The translations under genes were made by a program, and so were the position numbers. From a virus (Duplodnaviria; Caudoviricetes), in the IMG/VR virus record IMGVR_UViG_3300027863_000132, positions 1 to 29,703 of that record: a stretch of 29,703 nt of DNA; one strand, 5' to 3'. The notes beneath the pieces were generated by a model that was not told the DNA's origin, made no database searches, and saw only the letters and a list, made by a program, of their open reading frames with translations. Of the stretch, positions 14,874 through 22,947 are shown one piece after another. Numbering within the stretch: position 1 is the first letter of the stretch; each line of letters opens with the position of its first letter.

Positions 14874-15347
14874 TCAGCGGCCCTTGACCGCCAGCTTTGC
14901 CTGATCCTCGGACATGCCGAAGACACGCATAAAGCGCGCGACGGCGGCCTCCTGAATCTTGGTGTCGTCCTTGGCTTCGTGCGTGGACTTGCCCTGCTCC
15001 TTGATCTCGCCGGTCCCGAGAATCTTGGCGAGGTACTCGGCCTCAGCCTTGGCGGCCTCCTCAACAGACGCTTTCAGCGCGTCAATGTCAATCTGGCCAT
15101 CCACGATAGGCGGGTTCTTCGCCACAGACTCCGCGATGCGCTGCTTGCTAGGCGCGGGAAGGTCGATGTCGGCCAGTGCTCTACCGGCCTCGCGCTGCGC
15201 CTCCAGGACGGCGAGAGCCATCTCGGCGCGGTCAGCGCGCTCAGTAGCCTGATTGGCGCGGTCGTTGGCTTCAGACACCATCGTCTCTGCCTCCGACAGC
15301 TTGCCCTCAAGCTCGGTGATGCGAGCCTGCGCTTCTGTCAGTTCCAT
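14874..15347 (-). CDS. Nested in-frame scaffold protein (157 aa, MELTEAQAR...)
   Basis: AAGGAG (15357-15362) 9 nt before an internal ATG at the start of the coiled coil, with its own promoter-like motif upstream. Analogous to lambda C/Nu3 and Mu I/Z. Confidence 0.65.
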   Translation of the reverse strand: MELTEAQARITELEGKLSEAETMVSEANDRANQATERADRAEMALAVLEAQREAGRALADIDLPAPSKQRIAESVAKNPPIVDGQIDIDALKASVEEAAKAEAEYLAKILGTGEIKEQGKSTHEAKDDTKIQEAAVARFMRVFGMSEDQAKLAVKGR

Positions 15348-15977
15348 CTGATCGGTCTCCTTGCTCTCGTCCGCCTCTTCGACGGTGCTTGTGGGAGTGT
15401 GAACGTCATCGTTGCTCTCGCTGCCGCTCGATTGCCGCATGGACTCCATGAGGGCCAACACCTTGCCTCCGGCACCAGGCCGGGTGACGAAGTCAACCGA
15501 TTCTACCGAGTCGATGCGCGTGATGATGCGGCCCTTACGCCCCTCGGCCTCGCCGGGTTCGAACACGCCGTGCGCGCGGATGCTAACCCCGATGTGGGGA
15601 GCCAGCGCCTCAATCATCGGCTTGTAGATGTCGATGACTTGAGCCTCAGCATACAGTCCTGGGCCGTCCGGCCCGTCGGCGCGGTACTCGGCCGGGCTGG
15701 TGAGGACTCCCGCCAAGTCGCGGACGCTGCGCTCGGGGCGCTCGCGTCCCTCAGACTCCGTCGGGTGATCTAGGTACATCTGGGTTCCCGGCTTCCATTT
15801 GCTGGCATACTGCTCCAACAACTGCGGGCTGTAGTATCCGCTCGACCCCCAGCCGGGCTGGATGATTTTCACGGGGATAGTGCCATCGTCGCGGATAGCG
15901 CGCTCTTTCAGGGCAACGACTTCGCTGCCGAGGTATAGGTCTTCGACTTCGCGGATTTCGTCAGGCATTGTCGTCAC
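14874..15977 (-). CDS. Capsid maturation protease-scaffold fusion
   Basis: Protease domain IIQPGWGSSGYYS..MYLDHP..ERSVRDLAG..IGVSIRA..SVDFVTRPGAGG, then an acidic linker and a coiled-coil C-terminus. Confidence 0.85.
   Translation of the reverse strand: MTTMPDEIREVEDLYLGSEVVALKERAIRDDGTIPVKIIQPGWGSSGYYSPQLLEQYASKWKPGTQMYLDHPTESEGRERPERSVRDLAGVLTSPAEYRADGPDGPGLYAEAQVIDIYKPMIEALAPHIGVSIRAHGVFEPGEAEGRKGRIITRIDSVESVDFVTRPGAGGKVLALMESMRQSSGSESNDDVHTPTSTVEEADESKETDQMELTEAQARITELEGKLSEAETMVSEANDRANQATERADRAEMALAVLEAQREAGRALADIDLPAPSKQRIAESVAKNPPIVDGQIDIDALKASVEEAAKAEAEYLAKILGTGEIKEQGKSTHEAKDDTKIQEAAVARFMRVFGMSEDQAKLAVKGR
15396..15427 (-). promoter_or_regulatory. Putative internal late promoter (GCGGCAG-N19-CACACT)
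   Basis: Lies in the DNA encoding the protease-scaffold linker, about 48 nt upstream of the nested ATG. Confidence 0.6.
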
Positions 15978-15978
15978 C

Positions 15979-16833
15979 TCATCGGGTGCGGTCTTCGGTC
16001 GGGATGACCATAATCTGGCCTAGAATCTGAAGATTGTCCGGGACTGCGCCCTCTGGGTAGACTTCCAGGAAGCACATGCAGCGCGGATGGGCTGGCGGTG
16101 CTAGTACGTCCGGTAGGTAAACCGTGTCAAGGGAGACAGGACCCATCTGGGCGTTGTCGTCACACTCATCTACGTGCGGGTGCAGCGGGTGTAGCAGCCA
16201 TTCCTTCACCACATCTAGCCCGGCGCGCTCCATGATGCGGCCCTGCTCTAGGGTCCCGTAGCTCATAGCCCTGCTCGTCTCTGTGAGAGCAATGGTTTCA
16301 GCTCGGTACGCGGTCATGTCGGCGAAGCGCGTCATTATGCTCTCGGTGATCTCGCTAATCGACTTGCCGTTCTCGAGCCCGTCAAGCAACAGAGCGCGTA
16401 GCTGCGTCCGCGTCCACTCGTTTACGCCGGTTACCATCTCGGCTCCGTGCGCAGCGACCCATTCGCTCGCCCGCACGTCATCAGGACGTACATGAATGCC
16501 ATGCCGGGATAGCCACCCCTCAGTGAGTGACGCAGAGATGGCCCCAAGGTAGGCGTCGGTGAAGAGCTTTGCGTCCTCATTTAGGCGGCGCTTGAGCGCC
16601 AGCATAATCGCCGCAGTGATTGCCGCAACCTGGCGCTCGGTATCGTCACCTTGCGCCTCGCTCATGTGGAAGCTGTCCATAGCCTGGAGGATGTCCCATG
16701 CCTGGCGGTTGAACATGGCTGCTGCGGCGCGCTGCATCTCGTTTCGGGACTCAGTCAGCGCAATAGTCTTAGAGAGATAGAGGGCACCGCGCGCGGTAGC
16801 GTCCAGTGCCTCTAGCACCTGGGCGTCCATCAC
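15979..16833 (-). CDS. Minor head morphogenesis protein (MuF / SPP1 gp7-like)
   Basis: VTGVNEWTRTQLR..GLENGKSISEI..RAETIALTE..KEW..C..N..PPAHPRCMC. Follows the portal gene. Confidence 0.88.
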   Translation of the reverse strand: MMDAQVLEALDATARGALYLSKTIALTESRNEMQRAAAAMFNRQAWDILQAMDSFHMSEAQGDDTERQVAAITAAIMLALKRRLNEDAKLFTDAYLGAISASLTEGWLSRHGIHVRPDDVRASEWVAAHGAEMVTGVNEWTRTQLRALLLDGLENGKSISEITESIMTRFADMTAYRAETIALTETSRAMSYGTLEQGRIMERAGLDVVKEWLLHPLHPHVDECDDNAQMGPVSLDTVYLPDVLAPPAHPRCMCFLEVYPEGAVPDNLQILGQIMVIPTEDRTR

Positions 16834-18623
16834 GGCCTCTCTCGAAGCTCGCTGATTGCCTCTTGCAGACCGGCGACCACGGCGGCGAGTCCTTCCTGAG
16901 CGCGCTGCTGTGCCTTGTCGCCAGCGGGAACAGGCGGCTTGTTGCCAGCCGGGTCTGGCGACGGACGGGCTGTGGGGCGCTGGTTTGGATTGGCTGTGTC
17001 GCCGGGGCCGGGCTGGACATCCTTGACTGCGAACGTCTCGATTGGTTGCAGCTGCGGCTCGCTGCCGTCGGACGGGTAGAACTTCTCTACGATTTCCTCG
17101 CCGTTGCCGATGCCGAGTGCGGTGAGGATGATGCGCATGAGGGTCGGACCGTCGTTCATCACCTGAATCGGCTGTCCGTTCATGGTGGCGGCCGTGACGA
17201 TGGCCTGTACCTGCTTCTGCACGTCGCGCTGGAGGATGGGCGGGAAGTCGATGACTACCTCGCGGCTGACATCCTTGCCGCTCTTGTCTTTGAGTCTGAG
17301 CAGTTGGGTGACATCGTCGGTACCCGAGCCCCTGACTGACGGGTTGTTGGCGGCGCGTGCGGCGGAATCAATGACGACCGCGAACACGTCGGTGAGGATG
17401 TCCGCCCAAAGCTTCTGCCGGTCGAGGAACTTTAGTTCGGTCGGACGGTCCATACTAGTGGCAGTAGCGAGGTTGCCAACATTCGCGTCGCCGTAGAACG
17501 TCTCTGGCAGGCCCATTGAAGACGCGGCCATGAGGAGCAGGCGGCGGAATCCCTCCGGGTCAACGGCGGCCTTGGAAACGTCAACGGCAGCAAGATCGAC
17601 CCCAGCACCGGATACGAACGTTGAGCCACCAGTTGGAGCTGGGTTCGCCTCATCCAGGCCGAAGCTGGTGCCAAGCGTTGACTGGAGTTTTGCCACGGCT
17701 GCGTCAACCGACGCCTGATTTCCCTGCGTCTTCAGGCTCCATGCCCATTTTGCCAGCGAGCGGATGACCTTCTTGTAATCTTCCAACGCCTCCTTGTACG
17801 CCCTCGCCCAGTCGAGTGCGGCGTACGTCTCGGGGATGCCAAAGTCCATGTCGCCGATGGTCCCGGTCTTGACGTGCTTGACAGGGGTATCCCAGTCGAT
17901 GGCAACCTGGTCTCCGCTCACAGAATAGGATGCCATCTGCACATCGCCAGACCGCGAGGAGCGCAACTCGCGCCAGTAGATGAGGTCGGGGTAGAGCCTC
18001 TGGTGCTGTACCTGCTTGCCGCCCTCATCAGTGGTCCACCTGCGGAGGTAGAACCAGACCTCGTCAGAGTCCTGCGGGTTACGGATGACGGAGCGCATCT
18101 CGTCAACGTTCAGGGTGCGCACGCGAACCCGACCAGACAGGGAGTCGATGAAGAATCGCAGGAAGAGGTTTCCTTCAACGGTCAGCTGCTTGTCAAGCTT
18201 GGTGCGCGCGTCGTGACTGTTGAATGAGCGTTCGTTGGTAGGATCGGAGAGGAAAGCACGCACCACATCGTCAACGCTGGACTCGGCACGAATCGAGATG
18301 CCCTGGCCCCAGACATAGTAGGTCTGGAGGTCAACCGGCCTGCGGATTACGGGGTTCTTGAGGTAGTACAGCCGGGAGTTGCGGATGATCTTGTCCAACC
18401 CATCGCGGCTGAACTGAAACTCATCGCCAGCGCCCTGCATTCGCGTCCAAAGATTGTCCTCTAGGGCAAGCTCAAGCTCTGCTATGCGCTCGGTCAGAAT
18501 CTCCTCATTCGCTGAGGCAGCTACGGCCTCCTTGATGAGAGACTCGACTTGTGCCTGCGAGATGCGGACGGCTTCAACCAGTGCCTTGTTATCAGCACCT
18601 GTGATTGTTGAGAGAATCCCCAC
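16830..18623 (-). CDS. Portal protein
   Basis: 597 aa between terL and the MuF-like gene. NPVIRRPVDLQTYYVWGQG..EGNLFL..GLPETFYGD..NLATATSM. GTG start with no SD. Confidence 0.88.
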   Translation of the reverse strand: MGILSTITGADNKALVEAVRISQAQVESLIKEAVAASANEEILTERIAELELALEDNLWTRMQGAGDEFQFSRDGLDKIIRNSRLYYLKNPVIRRPVDLQTYYVWGQGISIRAESSVDDVVRAFLSDPTNERSFNSHDARTKLDKQLTVEGNLFLRFFIDSLSGRVRVRTLNVDEMRSVIRNPQDSDEVWFYLRRWTTDEGGKQVQHQRLYPDLIYWRELRSSRSGDVQMASYSVSGDQVAIDWDTPVKHVKTGTIGDMDFGIPETYAALDWARAYKEALEDYKKVIRSLAKWAWSLKTQGNQASVDAAVAKLQSTLGTSFGLDEANPAPTGGSTFVSGAGVDLAAVDVSKAAVDPEGFRRLLLMAASSMGLPETFYGDANVGNLATATSMDRPTELKFLDRQKLWADILTDVFAVVIDSAARAANNPSVRGSGTDDVTQLLRLKDKSGKDVSREVVIDFPPILQRDVQKQVQAIVTAATMNGQPIQVMNDGPTLMRIILTALGIGNGEEIVEKFYPSDGSEPQLQPIETFAVKDVQPGPGDTANPNQRPTARPSPDPAGNKPPVPAGDKAQQRAQEGLAAVVAGLQEAISELRERP

Positions 18624-18631
18624 GATACGTC

Positions 18632-18663
18632 AGGGTGACAGGTGCGCAGCGCATCGCTGCCGC
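18632..18663 (-). promoter_or_regulatory. Putative late promoter (GCGGCAG-N19-CACCCT), probably leaderless portal transcript
   Basis: Intergenic with an AT-rich tract upstream. TGn precedes the CACCCT box, and the portal GTG lies 8 nt downstream with no SD. Confidence 0.6.
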
Positions 18664-18691
18664 AGATTGCCTAATAAAGTAATAACGACGG

Positions 18692-20005
18692 TCAAATCGG
18701 GGAGATTGACCAATCGTCATCGCTGACGGAAAGGATGGCGTTCTGATTCCACACTGGGTGACGGTTGGCCCAGTCGGCGAGAGCGAGGGAGATGACACAG
18801 TCGTCGTGCATACCCTCTGGGGCCGAGTAGCGAATGTTGCCGGTCGGGCCGATTTCGTAGGCGTACGTCTCAAGTTCGTTGACGAGAACGGGGATGTCGG
18901 GGTACTGGATGTCGCCGTGCTGTAGGTCTACTGCGAGGTTCTGAATGATCTGCTGCTTGGTGCTGCTAGTGAAGTGGTAGCCGACCACTGGCACGCCACG
19001 GCCAATGAGGGAGTCATAGATCGGATCGCCGAGGCCGGTTGTGTCCATAAGGACATAGCCGCCCCACTTGCCGACAACGCGGGCGAGCATGTCCATCTGC
19101 GTGTCGTAGCGGATATCGTTGAACCGTGTCCAGTCCACTACGCGCGGCTTCGGTTGGGCGTCGGTGTCGATGGTGGTGATGACGCTGAAGTCGGTATGCT
19201 TGGCGACGTCCCAGCCGTGGACGTAGCGGTGCCCCTTCTGCGGTGTGTCGGGGAAGGGCCAGCCGGTGTCCTCGTTGGTGTCGTAGATGCAGCCGCGCAC
19301 ATTGTGGAAGACTCCTGCCGCCTCACTGAGGAACTCGGCCTCGTACTCCTGAGCGAACACGTCGGCCGGGAGGGTGCGCCGCGCCTCCTCGACCTCTCTG
19401 GCGGGTATGTAGGGGGATGACGAGGTGGGGTAGTGGTAGGACGAATAGTCTGGGTCGTCGTGGTTCCACCCCCGCATCCATACCTCGTAGAACCAGTTAC
19501 GACCCTTCGGCGTTGACAGGAACAGTGCCCGCCCTCCGGTGTCCGAGAGCATCGGTCGCAGCACCTGTTCCCATGCGTCGCGGGCCATGAACGCAGCCTC
19601 GTCCAACACCATGAAGCCGACGCCCTCGCCTCGAAGGTTCTCGTAACGCTCGGTCGAGACGAAGCGCAGCCTTCCGCCGCTGTGAAATGTCACCGACATC
19701 TGTCCCTGGCTGGCGCGCTTGCTCTTGATTGCCGGTCCGAAGTTGCTGGTGATGAGTTCGAAGCCCTTTACCGCCTGCCCGTATGTCGGCGCCGTCCACC
19801 AGCCGGGGTACTCGGAGTTTTCCCAGCCGTATTTCGCCAGGGCGTTCGCCGCGAAGAACGTCTTGCCCCAGCGTCGCCCGCAGGCGACGCAGCGAAAGCG
19901 TGCCGGATCTTGGGCGAGGCGAAGCTGGCCCTCGTGGGGCGTGAAGAGCCGCAGCTTGATGTGCCGCTCTGCGATGTTGGGAGTTCTGGCTCCTCCGCGC
20001 GGCAC
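18692..20005 (-). CDS. terL: Terminase large subunit (Terminase_6-type ATPase + RNase H-like nuclease)
   Basis: Walker A CGRRWGKT, Walker B FMVLDEAA, coupling motif STPKGRNWFY, nuclease motifs GWDVAKHTDF and HDDCVISLALA. Confidence 0.96.
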   Translation of the reverse strand: MPRGGARTPNIAERHIKLRLFTPHEGQLRLAQDPARFRCVACGRRWGKTFFAANALAKYGWENSEYPGWWTAPTYGQAVKGFELITSNFGPAIKSKRASQGQMSVTFHSGGRLRFVSTERYENLRGEGVGFMVLDEAAFMARDAWEQVLRPMLSDTGGRALFLSTPKGRNWFYEVWMRGWNHDDPDYSSYHYPTSSSPYIPAREVEEARRTLPADVFAQEYEAEFLSEAAGVFHNVRGCIYDTNEDTGWPFPDTPQKGHRYVHGWDVAKHTDFSVITTIDTDAQPKPRVVDWTRFNDIRYDTQMDMLARVVGKWGGYVLMDTTGLGDPIYDSLIGRGVPVVGYHFTSSTKQQIIQNLAVDLQHGDIQYPDIPVLVNELETYAYEIGPTGNIRYSAPEGMHDDCVISLALADWANRHPVWNQNAILSVSDDDWSISPI

Positions 20006-20401
20006 TTACTCTGCCTGCTTGTCGGCCTCGATGGTTGGCTCGGATTCCTTGCGCGGGGCGTAGCCTTGGCCCCATTCGGCCACGAACTTGACCGCCGTGC
20101 CATCCTTGGAGCCGATATCCTGCTCCAGCTTGTCGGCCTGCCCAAGCCAGTTCTTGCCAAGCCAGATAAGCATGGTGCGGTCGCCCTTCATCGCGGCCTC
20201 GTACTGCTTACGTCGCAGCGACGCCTTTCCACGGGCGCGTCCGTTCTCCCATGCGTCGGCGAGCACCTTGTCCGTCTTCAGCCGTTGCGAGAGAGCGGCC
20301 TGCGTGATGCCGATGACGGCGGCTGCTTCTGCTTGCGTGCACTGGATGCCCGCAAGCGACTCCAGTTGGTCAGGGTCGATGTTGACCTTCGGGCGAGCCA
20401 T
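20006..20401 (-). CDS. terS: Terminase small subunit (HTH)
   Basis: MARPK..CTQAEAAAVIGITQAALS HTH, then SLRRKQYEAAMKGDRTMLIWLGKNWLGQ. Abuts terL. Confidence 0.85.
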   Translation of the reverse strand: MARPKVNIDPDQLESLAGIQCTQAEAAAVIGITQAALSQRLKTDKVLADAWENGRARGKASLRRKQYEAAMKGDRTMLIWLGKNWLGQADKLEQDIGSKDGTAVKFVAEWGQGYAPRKESEPTIEADKQAE

Positions 20402-20586
20402 CAGGCCGCACCTTGCGAGCCGTGCAGCGGGCAGTTTGCGGCAATCCAGAACGCTGGCCCGCTTCCGTCTCCACGCGGGAACCCCCAGCCGTGATTGTTG
20501 TCTAGCACCGGGCAGGTGCAGCCCTGTTCAAGCGCCTCATTCGAGCCGGGGTTGGGTACCTGCTTCGGCGTCTTCTTGGCAGCCAT
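20401..20586 (-). CDS. Small Cys/His phage protein
   Basis: PNPGSxEAxxxGCxCPVLDNxxGxG..FW..CPLHG pattern, recalled from phage genomes. TGATG coupling on both sides. Confidence 0.75.
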   Translation of the reverse strand: MAAKKTPKQVPNPGSNEALEQGCTCPVLDNNHGWGFPRGDGSGPAFWIAANCPLHGSQGAA

Positions 20587-21128
20587 CAGGCTCCCCTCCT
20601 CTTTGCGTCGTAGCCGTAGGATGCGAGCAGCTCCATCACGGCCTCAACCTCGCTCTCAGAGTCGCAGGTCACACTGACGACGTATCCGAGCGCGCTGTCG
20701 AGCGGCGTAGTGTCAACGCTAAGGTCAATGCCGGAAAGCTCGCTCGGGTCGAATCCGGCGAGTGTCACGTCAATCTCCTTGGCGAGGTCCTCAAGTTCGA
20801 CGTTCAGCATGGAGTAGTCCCAGCCCGACTCCTGCGCGGTGCGGTTGTCCGCTAGGCGGTAGGCCCTCGCCTGGGCGTCCGAGAGGTCATCCGCGACAAT
20901 GACCGGAACAACGTCCAACCCTAGGCGCTCAGCCGCGAGCAGGCGGGTGTGCCCGGCGATAATCGTGCCGTCCTTCTTGACGACCAGTGGCTGCTTCCAT
21001 CCGAACTCGCGGAGTGATGCGGCAACCTTAGAGACGGCAGACTCGGGGATGCGCCGGGCGTTCCTCTCGTATGGCTTGGGGAGTGTGATCGGCCACCACT
21101 CGATGATGATGGGATCGGGCTGGGACAT
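20586..21128 (-). CDS. ParB/Srx N-terminal domain protein
   Basis: Start reassigned to MSQPDP (GAGGT SD). PYERNAR..VAASLREFGWKQPLVV..IIAGHTRLLAA..AYRLADNR. Confidence 0.88.
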   Translation of the reverse strand: MSQPDPIIIEWWPITLPKPYERNARRIPESAVSKVAASLREFGWKQPLVVKKDGTIIAGHTRLLAAERLGLDVVPVIVADDLSDAQARAYRLADNRTAQESGWDYSMLNVELEDLAKEIDVTLAGFDPSELSGIDLSVDTTPLDSALGYVVSVTCDSESEVEAVMELLASYGYDAKRRGA

Positions 21129-21179
21129 ATGGTGATACCTCGCGCGAAGTTTTACCGACATTTCATAACTATGGGGCGA

Positions 21180-21212
21180 ATCGTGCCTGCGGATAGGCCG
21201 TGTCGCTGCCGC
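21180..21212 (-). promoter_or_regulatory. Putative late promoter at the head of the packaging operon (GCGGCAG-N20-CACGAT)
   Basis: Lies in the 215-bp gap before parB-terS-terL. CAACTTGCGGCAGCGA matches the portal copy CAATCTGCGGCAGCGA at 14/16. Confidence 0.55.
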
Positions 21213-21343
21213 AAGTTGGGAAGGGATGGCACGCACCGCGCGGGTATTGCCACAGAAGATCGCGAATATGGGCAATAAACGGCCATTAGAGGGGATTTCG
21301 CGGCGCTCCGGTGGTGTTGACCATTCCGGGCCTTCAAGGCATC

Positions 21344-21667
21344 CTATGGGCGATTTTCGATGGAGCGGCCTAGGTAGGTGTATCCACGCCGCCTCTCAAC
21401 CGCTTCGATGACGTGCCCCTGACGGCGCAGCGAGCGAATGCCGTCCTGGATGGCCTTGCGGAAGAGCGGCGAGATGCAAAGCTCGTCCTGTGGCGAGATG
21501 CGCTGACCCTCGTGGGCGATGAACAGCGCGAGCAGCTGGTCAATGAAGTTCGGGTCATGGCGCGGGTTGTAGTCGCGTCGGCTGCGCTGACATGGCGAGC
21601 ACCAGAGCACACCTTGGTGGTCTCGGCTGAGCAGGCAGCCGCATCCGCGACAGGTAGGACGGCTCAT
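21344..21667 (-). CDS. Zn-finger + winged-helix protein, candidate late transcription regulator
   Basis: CRGCG..WCSPC N-terminus. C-terminal AIQDGIRSLRRQGHVIEAVERRRGY resembles the BirA/HTH_11 recognition helix and wing. Last gene before the late region. Confidence 0.6.
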   Translation of the reverse strand: MSRPTCRGCGCLLSRDHQGVLWCSPCQRSRRDYNPRHDPNFIDQLLALFIAHEGQRISPQDELCISPLFRKAIQDGIRSLRRQGHVIEAVERRRGYTYLGRSIENRP

Positions 21668-22947
21668 ACGGGCAGGCTGCTCTGTCTTGATGCAAACTCG
21701 ATGCGGCGGCGAGAGATTTCGACGTACTCGGCCTCACGCTCGATGCCGATGAAGTTGCGGGACTCATCCACGCAGGCGACACCCGTAGTGCCGCTGCCCA
21801 TGAATGGGTCAAGTACGACCTCTCCGGACTGTGCCACGAGTCTGACTAGCCAGCTCATGAGAGCAATTGGCTTGACAGTGGGATGGCGATTGGCCCGTGC
21901 GATCTTCGTGTCGCTGATCTTGTCGCTGTAGCCGTTGTCCCTCGCTACGTACCGCTTATCCATCCCGTCCAGACCAGCGTCCCTTTCCCTCCGGCTCGCC
22001 TTGGCGCAATAGAAGAAGCGCGATGCGCCGCCTGATTTGCCGTTGCCGCGCTGGTCCACCGTCTGCGCATCCAGCATCGCGCAGGGGCAGTTGGGGTCAG
22101 TGTGGATGCGGACTGATTCAGTACCGCCCGGCGCATAGGTCATGTCGTCCATCGGAGGCTTGTCTGAGTCGGTGCCGAACGTCTTTCCTCCGCTGTTGTG
22201 ACGCACGGCCGTCCCCGTCTTCACCGTCCCGATAAGCGTCTTGTCGCAGGTACATTCGAGGACGAGGTTCGCTGGCCAGCGACCGGATGCGTTATGTTGT
22301 GGTGCGTCTTGGCCGCCACCTATCGCTATCCGACACGCATCAATCCCAAGCTCTCTCTTCCGACCAGGCTTGCGGGCGAGAATGATTGGCTCCCATGCTG
22401 GCTTGAGGCAGGCATCCCCCTTAGGGAATCCGGTGCCGTACAGCCACATGAGCGTGTCGCGTATCTCAAACCCGGCGTCCTCAAGCGCGCAGGCTAGTCG
22501 ATGCCATGTGCGTGTGCCGCCGAATGCGAGCAGATAGTGGCTTGGCTTGAGGACGCGGATGGCTTCGGTGGCCCACTCCTGATGCCACTCCTGCATCATG
22601 GCGGCGCGGTAGGCGTTACGGCTATGGTACGCCTCACCCTTCACGCGCCATTCGGGCGACTCGCAGCTGCACTTGTTCGCACCGCGCATCCTGCCGCCGC
22701 AGACGGCGCAGGTCGCGTTCGCCGTCTCGCTGCCGTAACTGACCCACTCCGTAGCCCGGTCGCCGAGGCCGCATTTGCTCATGCCGACACCGTCGCGCCA
22801 GTCCAGCTTGTCCCACGCCATGCCCATGAACTCAAGTCCATACGGCGGGTCCGTCACAACCGCGTCCACCGATCCGGCATCCATCCCGGCCATGACATCT
22901 AGGCAGTCGCCGTGGATGATGCCGAAGCTCGCCTTTCCAGGGTTCAT
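21664..22947 (-). CDS. DNA methyltransferase, N6/N4 family, beta class (DPPY; probably m6A)
   Basis: Start at an ATGA overlap (MNPGK). GDCLDVM..VVTDPPY..HPTVKP..VLDPFMGSGTTG..FIGIE. Confidence 0.92.
   Translation of the reverse strand: MNPGKASFGIIHGDCLDVMAGMDAGSVDAVVTDPPYGLEFMGMAWDKLDWRDGVGMSKCGLGDRATEWVSYGSETANATCAVCGGRMRGANKCSCESPEWRVKGEAYHSRNAYRAAMMQEWHQEWATEAIRVLKPSHYLLAFGGTRTWHRLACALEDAGFEIRDTLMWLYGTGFPKGDACLKPAWEPIILARKPGRKRELGIDACRIAIGGGQDAPQHNASGRWPANLVLECTCDKTLIGTVKTGTAVRHNSGGKTFGTDSDKPPMDDMTYAPGGTESVRIHTDPNCPCAMLDAQTVDQRGNGKSGGASRFFYCAKASRRERDAGLDGMDKRYVARDNGYSDKISDTKIARANRHPTVKPIALMSWLVRLVAQSGEVVLDPFMGSGTTGVACVDESRNFIGIEREAEYVEISRRRIEFASRQSSLPV

Noticed and set aside
14619-15773. 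384-aa plus-strand ORF, and other long plus-strand ORFs such as 19682..20494, 20088..20855 and 7180..7848
   Set aside because: These are antisense shadows of clear minus-strand genes, expected at high GC, with no recognisable motifs.
18692-20005. Intein or intron in terL
   Set aside because: The 437-aa protein has contiguous ATPase and nuclease motifs and no splicing signatures.
21152-21337. 61-aa TTG-start ORF in the early/late gap
   Set aside because: Weak start, no recognisable motifs, and it overlaps the inverted repeats and the promoter motif.
512-22697. Other minus-strand GCGGCAG heptamers (512, 6782, 10420, 19315, 22691)
   Set aside because: All are intragenic with no CANNNT box at 19-20 nt, so I treated them as background.
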